A stretch of DNA of 64,000 nt from Parasitella parasitica NRRL 2501 (lineage: Eukaryota > Fungi > Mucoromycota): assembly GCA_025201805.1 (NCBI GenBank), contig MU619331.1:1-64000 (forward strand). The letters are read 5' to 3'. The position numbers were made by a program, and so were the translations under genes. Positions 1-11,127 of this stretch are shown piece after piece. The notes under the pieces were generated by a model, which made no database searches, was not told the DNA's origin, and saw nothing but the letters and a program-made list of their open reading frames with translations. Numbering within the stretch: position 1 is the first letter of the stretch; each line of letters opens with the position of its first letter.

Positions 1-1194
1 TACATTCTATTCAAGAGTATCGTTTTGAAGCTTTTATAACGACCTTAACTCCTGATAATATATTAATACACACTCACATTTATGGTGTCCCGCCAATACA
101 TAATTACAGTTGTAAACCTCACTTAAAGTCAAAATAAATGTCCCGCGCGTCTCATAACTCAAGTTATGATCAATATAAGTGAATTTATTAAACAGCTTAA
201 GCAGGCTGTCTTTTAAATGTGGGACTCTAACAAGTGTCCTCAGGGTGTCTCCTGTACCCTATAAATGGAGATATTATATCTCATGTCTATAAATGTGGAT
301 CGCAATTGTTGAGTTACAATGAGCATAATCTGGCTTAATGTACGGGTATACTCTTAATATAGCTGGATAAAGCTGTAGAAGAATTGTAGTCATCATCGAT
401 ATATATGTACATAACCTTCCGTCTTCTAATTGATCACGTAAACATCACGTCAGTATTATATGTGCCATCACTGCCAACCGAATTGCTATGTATAGGAATA
501 CGTATGTAATTTCGTGCAATCTCAACGTATGTTATATTTATATCGTTGAATATTATTTCTCACCGCGATGCATTTGATAAATGTACTCCTTTTGATTATA
601 TACTTGACGAGAATTAATGTATGTCGGCGAAACGAGGAAGAGATGTCTTAAATATTACTCAATTTATGTTCATTCAAACCAGTTACTATGATTGTCTATC
701 TTTGATATGTTTTAAAATAATGCAATTTGCTGTCTTGAGCGATCACTGACAGGCACAACTGAATAGTAAAATACACTTTTTCCAGCGCAGTTACTAGGTG
801 TAACAACAGTCAATCTTTTATCGATTTCTGGATCGACTACCTTCACTCCGGCTAAAAATTAAGGGGGGGAGGGTTTTATAGATTATCGCAATCAATGTAA
901 ACCAGATTTCATATCTTGTGATTGCATGCAGCTCGACTCAAACGAGCATATTCGCTATGTAGAGGTTATTAAGAGTTTTATGTGCATAATTGCATCCAAC
1001 ATGTTTATATGTCCTCCATCAAGCAAGCACATATCTTAAAAGGTTTATTGCATTATATCTCGTGACGGCCGAACCCCCCTCGTAAGTTGAGGCAGTAAAT
1101 GAGTTAAAATGACTCAGAGTTTTTCATATTTTTTCCATCCTCTCTCTCTCTCTTTCTTTGCCCAATTGAAGGCCAACTGCCAAATTTAAGAGAA

Positions 1195-2419
1195 ATGGAT
1201 ACTCAACAAGTAGCTTCATCACCTATCTTACTGGGAAATAATGAAACTTCGTTATTTAACAAACCTCAGCAACAGCAAGATAAAAAGTCTAATCTTCGTC
1301 ATCAGCTAGACGATCTTTTGTTTGGATCAGTACGGAATTGATATGTGATTCTCGAGATTTGAATTTAATTTAACACCTAAATGTGATAGATTGCTGGTAT
1401 GATTGGAAAGTTTGTTGAATATCCCTTTGATACCATCAAAGTGAGGCTCCAGACTCAACCATTAGACCGGCCCTATTTCTCAGGTCCCTGGCATTGCTTC
1501 AAAACAACGTTGAAACAGGAAGGCATGAAAGGCTTATTTACTGTAACTAAACTTTTTGTACAGAAGCAAAATTGAAAACTAGTATTAATCGAATTCTAAA
1601 GGGCCTGTCATCTCCATTGGTTGGTTCCATGGTTGAAAATGCAGCATTGTTTGTCGGATATCGACAAGTCCAAAGAGCCATTAGAGATTACTCAGCCACC
1701 ACTGAAGAGCGAGAAAAGTACTTGGATGTTCCCGAAGATGAATTACCATCATTATCTATGAAGCAGTTGGTTTTAGCGGGTGCAGCATCTGGAGCCATCG
1801 CATCTTTCATTTTAACACCAGTCGAGCTGATCAAATGTAAGCTCCAAGTTCAACTAGGTAGCCAAGCTGTAACTCATGGCGTACAATTCAATGGCCCCTT
1901 TCATGTCATCCGACATGTTATGCAAACGCATGGAGTGAGTGGTTTCTATAGAGGATTTGTTGCTACTCTTTTAAGAGAAGCAGGTGGCGGGGCTTTCTGG
2001 TTTGGCACATATGAATATACTTGCGCCCAATTTATCAAATACAGAGAGTCCAAGACGGAGGCTACAGTGCTCAAAAAGGATCTATCTCCGTATGAATTGA
2101 TGTTGGGTGGTGCTTTGGGTGGCATGGCATACAATGCTTCCTTGTTTCCTGTGGACGTGATAAAATCTCAGATGCAAACTGACGAGCAATTAGTCGCATC
2201 AAGTGTTGGGCAACGTTCTTTCTACCAGACAGCAAAGGAGCTTTATTCAGTGGGTGGTTACAAAGCCTTCTACCGAGGGTGCGGCATAACTGTTGCCCGT
2301 AGTGCACCCACCTCAGCGATCATCTTTTTAACTTACGTAAGTTGTCAAGTATTCTATCCGATATTTGCGTGATATTAATCTTGATATTGTAGGAATTACT
2401 CTCTCGCCATTTCGGTTAA
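1195..2419 (+). CDS. Mitochondrial carrier (SLC25), ornithine/amino-acid carrier-like; 4 exons
   Basis: Three carrier signatures PxD/ExxKxxxQ (YPFDTIKVRLQ, TPVELIKCKLQ, FPVDVIKSQMQ). Introns at about 1330-1389, 1543-1601 and 2337-2392; last exon ELLSRHFG*. Confidence 0.88.
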
Positions 2420-2967
2420 AGAAACTAAGAATACCCCCCAGCTATTATTTTTTTTATCACAACTTTTTTCATTGCTTTTTAATGTATTTTATATTTATAA
2501 ATCATATACGACTCATTTTTCCCCCAACATATAAATTGTTTAGTGAATGGTGTTGTGTAAAGACATTTAATGCGACTTCAAATCAACGATTGCTTTTCGT
2601 ACCTAAACTAATCCCAGTTGTCTCCACTTTGGCACGACAGGTAACACTATGTTTTTCACATGTTCACTTGGATATATGCAAAAGGTCAGCAATTTAAAGT
2701 AAGAAAATAAACATGCCTTTTTTTTTTTTCACATAACAATGATGTATCAAAAATGTCAGAGGTTGCATTGGGGCGAGGGCTTTGTGTAATAGTCACATGG
2801 AATCATGTAAAACCTGGAAAAAAGAGCCGAAACACAAGAAAGGTTGGATAATCCTGCGGTTATTATTCATCTGGTTCTTCTACTTGTTTAAAACTTTGCT
2901 CAAGAAGGTAAAGAAAAAACTCTGGAAAACCGAAAAGACTTCTAACTTTGCCACGTCAGATAACATT

Positions 2968-5900
2968 ATGGTCAAAGGGCTTTCTCATATCGTCTACATT
3001 GCTAGCTCTGAAGAGCTATTTGGTCGCACTGTAGAGTTTTACAAGGCTTTCGGATTCAAAGTTTTGAACGCACCCAGCCAAAGCAGCAAAATTGATTGCG
3101 AAAAAAAAGAAACATGGCTCAAAATGTCTGCCGATAAACATTCCATGACGTCTGATGTTGTCATTCGTCTCATTTTGAGTTTATCTTCTGTCCCTCGCCC
3201 TAAACCTTGCGATGATCAGGATTGGGGATTGAATGAATCCGCTTTGGCTTTGTCTGTATTCGACGTTACCGTAAGTTATTTGTTGGCAGATGAAGTATGG
3301 TACACGTATCACTAACAAGATTTATGTAGGCGGTAAAATCTCAGTTGGATATGCTGGGATGCCCTTATCAGGATAGATCTATCAAATCATTCAGTGGCAC
3401 CTTCCAATTGATTGAGCTCTATTCTCTCGATCCTTTGAATAATACTGTGGTCTTTGCCAACAAGCCGTCCTTTCCAAGTCTCCTCGACACACCGCTTACA
3501 GGACCTGGTTCCAGTGAAGAAGCAGCCAAGGATATGGGAAAAGCTAGGAAAATCGGTGTGCTTACATCAGGTGGCGATGCACCTGGCATGAACCCGTGTG
3601 TACGTGCCATTGTGCGTTACGGTATTTCAAAGGGCTGTGAAGTATATGCTATCTATGAAGGTTACCAAGGTAAAGTAGTACAGTAACTGCCCTTAAATGG
3701 GTTGATTTGGCGGCGTAACCCAACAAAAAATTAGGCCTCGTTGATAATGGCATCAAGAGAATGGATTGGAAAGATGTCCGTGGATTCTTGTCAATTGTGA
3801 GTATACGTTTCTGCTAGAAACAAAAATAATAGATGTAATAGATGGATTAGATAAGCCAACTAAACTTAAACTCGAAATTAGGGTGGTACCAACATTGGTA
3901 CAGCAAGATGTATGCCGTTCAAGACTCGCGAAGGCCGTCTACAAGCTGCACAAAATTTAATCAAGAGTGGCATCGATTCGCTTATTGTGTGTGGTGGTGA
4001 TGGTTCATTGACTGGTGCTGATGTGTTCCGTTCTGAATGGAAAGGTTTGAATGAGGAGCTACTGAAGAATGATAGGATTACCAAGGAGGAATCACAAGCT
4101 TACCAAAATTTGACTATTGTCGGTCTGGTCGGCTCCATCGATAACGACATGTCTTCCACTGACATCACTATCGGTGCTGTCACTTCCCTTCATCGTATTT
4201 GCGAAGCTGTGGATTCCATCGCAACAACTGCTTTATCGCACTCTCGCGCCTTTGTTGTCGAGGTAATGGGTCGCCATTGCGGATGGCTGGCTCTTGCTGC
4301 TGGCATCGCTACTGGCGCTGATTTCGTGTTCATTCCGGAGAGACCCCCTAATGAAGAAAACTGGCAAGATACTTTGTGTGCTGTTGCTCATCGTCATCGT
4401 CAACTTGGTAAGCGCAAGACTGTCGTCATTGTCGCCGAAGGTGCACTTGACAAGAATCTGAAGCCTATTAAGGCTGATGATATCAAAAATATTTTGTGCG
4501 AAAAGCTTGGCCTTGACACTCGCGTTACTACCTTGGGTCACACTCAACGTGGTGGTGCTCCCGCCGCGTATGATCGTATTCTGGCTACAATTCAAAGTGT
4601 AGAGGCTGTCGAAGCCGTGTTGAAATCCACACCGGAAACACCTTCACCAATGATTGGAATGAACAATAATCTAGTTACTAGCGGCCCTCTTATGAAGGCT
4701 GTCGAGCTCACACATGAAGTTGCCAAGTCAATTGGAGAAAAGAACTTTGCTCGTGCCATGGAGCTTCGTGATCCTCAATTTGTGGAGGAATTCGAAGCTT
4801 ACAATGCTACAACAATTCTGGACGATGATTCCATGCTGGTTCCTGAGCACCGCCGTCTCAATGTCGGTGTAATCCATGTCGGTGCACCTGCTGGTGGTAT
4901 GAATGCTGCTACTCGCACAGCTGTTCGTTATGCTCTTAATCGTGGTCATAAACCCTATGCTATTCACAATGGTTTCCCTGGTTTAGCTCAGGGCAATATT
5001 GAAGAGTTGACTTGGATTGGCGTGGATGGCTGGACATCAAGAGGAGGCTCCGAATTGGGTACTAATCGTGCTGTACCTGGTGAAGCTGTTGATATGGGCA
5101 TGATCGCTTATCAGCTTCAAAAGTTCAACATTCAATCTCTTTTGGTTATTGGTGGTTTTGAAGCTTTTGCGTCTATCATCAAGTTAGAAGCGGCTCGTAA
5201 GCAATATCCCTCGCTTAATATTCCTATTGCTTTGGTACCTGCCACCGTTTCTAACAATGTGCCTGGTACTGATTACTCTCTTGGCTCAGACACCGCTTTG
5301 AATGCTATTGTAGATTCTTGTGATGCCATTGTTCAATCGGCTCGTTCATCTCGTCGCCGTGTATTTGTTGTCGAAGTTCAAGGCGGTCGTTCTGGCTATT
5401 TGGCTGTGGAAGCTGGTTTGGCTAGTGGTGCAAGCACCATCTATATCCCCGAGGAGGGCGTTAATCTGTCTCGTCTTCAGTCTGATTCTCGCCATCTTAT
5501 GGCGATGTATATGGATGATGCTGCTGACAAGTCGGAAGGCAGAATCATTTTGCGCAATGAAACTGCCAGTAAGACGTACACTACTGATGTTATCTCAGAC
5601 ATATTGAAGGATGAAGGCCATGCCTTGTTTGATTCTCGCACTGCTGTGCTTGGCCATATTCAACAAGGTGTGAACCCTAGCCCCATGGATCGTATCAGGG
5701 CAACTCGGCTCTCTAAATGCTGTATCGATTTCTTTGAAGAGCATTCATCTGCCGCCCTTGAAAATGCTCACAATCACAAGCAGGCTGCTCCTATTGAGCT
5801 GACAAGTGCCACAGAATCTGCTGCTGTTATCGGTGTCTCTGGTGTCAGTGTTAGCTACCGTCCAGTTACTGAATTAATTGCTGTAACCGATATGAAGAAT

Positions 5901-6014
5901 CGAAAGCCTTTAGATGCTTGGTGGATGGTCCATCGTCCTCTTGTAGATCTTTTATCTGGCCGTGGTTTATTTACGCCTCAAGCCCAAGCTACCTTGGCTC
6001 GCGAAAACAAATAG
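2968..6014 (+). CDS. PFK: ATP-dependent 6-phosphofructokinase, eukaryotic duplicated type with N-terminal glyoxalase-like extension
   Basis: Motifs [48 protein letters not shown]; second half has [11 protein letters not shown] and LGHIQQG. Three short 5' introns. Confidence 0.96.
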
Positions 6015-6380
6015 TTTCGTCTTATAACATATTTCTTGTATTTGCATTTTCTTTTTCCACCTATATACTACATAAAGCAATATCTATATCATTATCATCC
6101 ATGAACATATTATATTGCAATAATAATAATGCAAGTTATCATAGTAGTGTGCAAATACTCAGATAACCAGTGAGAGACCAAAATATCCTATAATTTGCAA
6201 TAAATGCGAATTCCCAAACACCAATCCTATCATTTACTACTCCAATGCTGTGTTTCAACAATGCAGTACAATTCTCGCAAAACCGAGATCCGGCATTAGA
6301 AAAAAAAAAAAAAACAAAAAAAAACAAATATTTATTACTTCCTACTATTTGTTTACACGATAGTAAACTGAACAGAAAAC

Positions 6381-7031
6381 ATGACAGCTGCAACCGTTAG
6401 AAAATATGTGATGCTCCATGGCAAGATTGAGACTTTGGCCGATTTTGCTACGATTAACGATTGGATTCTCTCTGACAAATTCGCTCAAGAAGAAGCAAGC
6501 GACTATCCTGAAAACTGCATTTCTGTATACTACACTGTGGATCTGGAACAAAAACAAATTACTGACAAGTACTTTGCCGCAAACTGGAATCCTAAATACA
6601 AAGAAACATTCAAGCAAGTCAGTGTTGCCTGGCTGGAAGAGTATTTTACAGTTGAGGAAAACGATTTAAAGCAATTGGATAATCCAGAAGAAAACATCAT
6701 TGCTCCAGGTGGAGAAATCTTTACCTTGCTAGACATTCAGGGTCAAGGTTTAGGTGTCGTTGCTATGCTCCATCATGGGGATTTTGCTGAATTGGGTAAA
6801 ATGGGTGTAAAGAAACAGTACAATGGCAAAGGGTTATCACATCCCTTGATGTACGAGGCTATTTCGTGGGCTAAAAACCACGAAAGAAGTTATCCACAAG
6901 TGGATATCTACACGGCAGCCCATTTGGGTCCGGCTGTTGGTTTGTACAAAAAGTACGGTTTTGAAGTTGTCCCTGTAGGTGGTTATAATAAATTTGCCAG
7001 AGTGGATTTGGCTATGAGATTGACATTTTAG
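6381..7031 (+). CDS. GNAT-family N-acetyltransferase, intronless, paralog 1
   Basis: Acetyl-CoA motif ELGKMGVKKQYNGKGLS, C-terminal AVGLYKKYGF, upstream WLEEYFTVEENDLKQLDNPEENIIAPGGEIF. Confidence 0.88.
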   Translation: MTAATVRKYVMLHGKIETLADFATINDWILSDKFAQEEASDYPENCISVYYTVDLEQKQITDKYFAANWNPKYKETFKQVSVAWLEEYFTVEENDLKQLDNPEENIIAPGGEIFTLLDIQGQGLGVVAMLHHGDFAELGKMGVKKQYNGKGLSHPLMYEAISWAKNHERSYPQVDIYTAAHLGPAVGLYKKYGFEVVPVGGYNKFARVDLAMRLTF

Positions 7032-7295
7032 ACTAAATCCGACGTTACGGATAAAATACTCTATATAATAAAATATTTTCTGGAAGGATCCATTGCTTAT
7101 TCATTTACTTTGACTATATGCAACTGCAAATCATTTAGAATAACAAAGGTTTAATTGGCTACATTCATAATGACTAGGAGTGAGCAAACCCGTCAAGCCG
7201 GAGCCTCTTCTGGGACTGACCATTTTGAGTTGTATAAATAGGGTCTCCTGATTCACCCGATTAGAATGCTAAATTATTTTAAAACAATACAGAAA

Positions 7296-7940
7296 ATGAC
7301 AATGGGTACATCTTACAGAGAATATGCACTTGTGAAGGGGAAAGTCATAGATTGGGTTGACTTCACCGAACAGAATACTTGGGCTACGAAAAGTGCGAGC
7401 AAGTCTAGTTCACTGCCTGTAGTTTCCAATTGCATATCTGTATACTACGTAGTTGATTCAGACAAGAAGACCATTGTTGATAGACTGAGCATGGTAACGT
7501 GGGATCTCAAGTACAAGTCCGAGTTCAAAGAATTGAGTTTAGTTTGGGTTAAGCAATATTTCGAAGTCGAGGAATCAGACCTGAAGCAACTTGACACACC
7601 TGAAGAAGCCATAATTCAGCCTGGCGGAGAGATCTTCTTTTTACTTGAAGGCTCTGGTAGAGTAGCTGGTGTTGTGGCCACTGTAATACACCAAGGAGTG
7701 TGCGAATTAGCGAAAATGACAGTCAGGAAAGAATGCAATGGCAGAGGCTATGCTCACATTTTAATGCGGGAGTCTATCCACTGGGCGAAACAAAAAGATT
7801 ATCCTTACATAGAACTACTGTCAAGCGTTGAACTGCAAAATGCTATCATTCTTTACAAGAAATACGGATTTGAAACTATTCATCTTGGCCCTCATCCTGA
7901 TTATAAAAGATGCTCTATTATAATGCGTCTTACTTTTTAG
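7296..7940 (+). CDS. GNAT-family N-acetyltransferase, intronless, paralog 2 (start may be 7266)
   Basis: ELAKMTVRKECNGRGYA and AIILYKKYGF; colinear with paralog 1 (NCISVYY, FEVEESDLKQLDTPEEAIIQPGGEIF, MRLTF*). Confidence 0.88.
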   Translation: MTMGTSYREYALVKGKVIDWVDFTEQNTWATKSASKSSSLPVVSNCISVYYVVDSDKKTIVDRLSMVTWDLKYKSEFKELSLVWVKQYFEVEESDLKQLDTPEEAIIQPGGEIFFLLEGSGRVAGVVATVIHQGVCELAKMTVRKECNGRGYAHILMRESIHWAKQKDYPYIELLSSVELQNAIILYKKYGFETIHLGPHPDYKRCSIIMRLTF

Positions 7941-8469
7941 TCATTACATTTGCATCAACTATACGATTTACGCAATCACCTAATAAAACTTCATGTCATG
8001 TATTACAGTTATGCGTTCCATACAGGGCATTGTGACAGATGATACATACCATAAAAACTGCCAATGGCCCAAACGTGCGTTATGAATGCTCTCTATAGAA
8101 CAAGTTATAGTCGTATATATTGTTGAATTATTCGCTAGCAAACCCAACTCCTAGAGGATTTTATATACATACAACATGTTTGATGAGGTTTTTGTCTTGA
8201 CATTGCTGAAATAAGCACCCAACCTAGTGCTTCGCAAATCAAGCAAATGTTCATAGATGTTTAAAAACAAATTTTTTTTTATTGATTGAAGAACAAATAA
8301 ATGTGCTAGCTTTTTCAGTTCTCAACTTTGCTTTACAGGTTAGTTGATTAACAGGATCCACCACGTGAAGGTAAAAGCTCATTACATCCCAAAAAAGTGG
8401 GCAAAAGAAAGTCAAACAAAGACAATCTTTACAACTGACAAATCTTAAATAATATTGCTAAAGAACCTT

Positions 8470-8830
8470 AAGAGAGGGAGGGTCAATCACGGATTGGCAA
8501 GTATTCCAACACGGCGAAAGTCTATGCATCTTACAAGCCAGTAACAACATTACCTCAGCACAACGACGAGCCTCAAATCAAGGGTCTCCGAAGAGGGAGA
8601 TTCTATCGGGTTCGGTCAATACCAACACTAGCAATAGGCTATGCATCAGGCCAGCACAACGACAAAGAAATTAAAAAAAAATAGTAGGCTAATGTCCACA
8701 TCTAGAACAGTCTATACATCTGACGCTTCATAGCATTGTATTAAAAGGTCTCTGGAGAGGGAGTATTTGTCGGGGTCAACAAATATGCTAACGCTAGCAA
8801 CATGCTATACATCCGGCCAACACAACAATA
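8470..8830 (-). ncRNA. Candidate structured non-coding RNA built of 3-4 degenerate repeated modules
   Basis: Four GATGYATAG, three CTCCCTCT and three GTTGTGYTG copies on the minus strand in conserved order, with compensatory stem changes. No credible ORF. Confidence 0.45.
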
Positions 8831-9204
8831 CAAAACATAGAAACAACAGAGAGAGGGATCTGGGGGATGTGGCATTCCACTAAGAAAAGAAAAGAAAAGT
8901 AAAAAAAAAAATTTTTAAAAGAAAAGATGAGAAAAGATGAAGAAAAAACGCGTTACCAAGTTTGTTGCAGTTTTTATTTTAGAGGAGAGGTGTGCCCGAA
9001 GAGGTACAGGCTCTCGAAGCCACGCTTTATTTTCAGTAATATACAGTACTATATACAGTAAGTTATGACTCAATCGAACAGCATCAGTTGGAATGGCAAA
9101 AAGGTACTTTATGACAATGAATAGTAAATAGTAGTGTTAGAGAACAAAAAAATACCTTATGAAGGGTAATTTTTATTGAATAGAAATATAGAAACGACAA
9201 AAGG

Positions 9205-9296
9205 CTAACTTCCGTGCGCTACCATTAAGTAGAATATCACGTTCGAAGGGTATAATCTCAGCAAGGATATTCAAAGGACCCAAGCACCCCTAGTTT
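9205..9296 (-). promoter_or_regulatory. TPP riboswitch aptamer in THI4 3' UTR
   Basis: Minus strand reads AACUAGGGGUGCUUGGG...CUUGCUGAGAUUAUACCCUUCGAACGUGAUAUUCUACUUAAUGGUAGCGCACGGAAGUUAG. It contains GGGUG, UGAGA, AUACCC, UGAU, the UAAU loop and GCG, about 105 nt after the THI4 stop on the same strand. Confidence 0.92.
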
Positions 9297-9400
9297 TTCG
9301 CCGATCATTATGAATCAGAAAAGAAGGATTAAATAACAACCAACATCAAACCTATAAAAAATTAATAACCCATGGAAATTGCCTTATCTGCTTGTCAGAT

Positions 9401-10488
<1,088 letters not shown>

Positions 10489-11127
10489 TCAAATTTCTTG
10501 AGCTCTATTTATAACAAAATTTTACTTTACTTGAAAAATCATATGCAAGTCGTACAACGGATCTTATCCGCTCACAATGATTCACATCTTACGTTTACGT
10601 CTATAAAGTTTGTAGACTCAATGCTGCCAATATTTTTTGGGCTGATGCCGTATACTCTATCGTGCCGAACGAGAAAGAAAGATAACCAAAGTAATGATAG
10701 CTGTTATTTTCATCACGGCCAAGATTTTATCTGTGAAACTTTTGTCATAGCAGGTAAAGCTTGGAGATCTTAATACTCATGTGGCAAATATATCATTTCA
10801 GCATGATAATTTATTGCAAAACTGTTATAATGGTATATACTACAGCGATATAGCCAGCACCAATAGTCCCAATACAGCGCCCGTGATCTTAATGAGATGT
10901 TTCTTTTCATTGATACAAGTTGTCTTGTATTTCTATATTCGCTATTTTTTTCGGAACGGAGTTCAGTGCGAGATCCGAGGAATCCATCTAATAAAATGAC
11001 AAAATGTGGGAGCCGTGGCTGTGAGAAAAGTATAAATATATCCGACAATAATGCTATTATATAAGATGCGTGTAACGTCGCCATTTTTAATCCTACTTCT
11101 TCTCCACATTTACACAAGAATAAACTG

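Noticed and set aside
1-1100. AT-rich region with short AAATGT-like repeats
   Set aside because: No ORF, structure or regular periodicity that I can support.
8470-8830. CRISPR-like array, hammerhead/HDV ribozyme or telomerase template
   Set aside because: Repeats are degenerate and irregularly spaced, there are no cas genes, no complete CUGAUGA/GAAA core, and no recognisable telomere template.
8741-8875. 44-codon ORF (MPHPPDPSL...) on the minus strand over the repeat modules
   Set aside because: The repeated motifs are not kept in one reading frame across modules, and conservation follows base pairing rather than codons.
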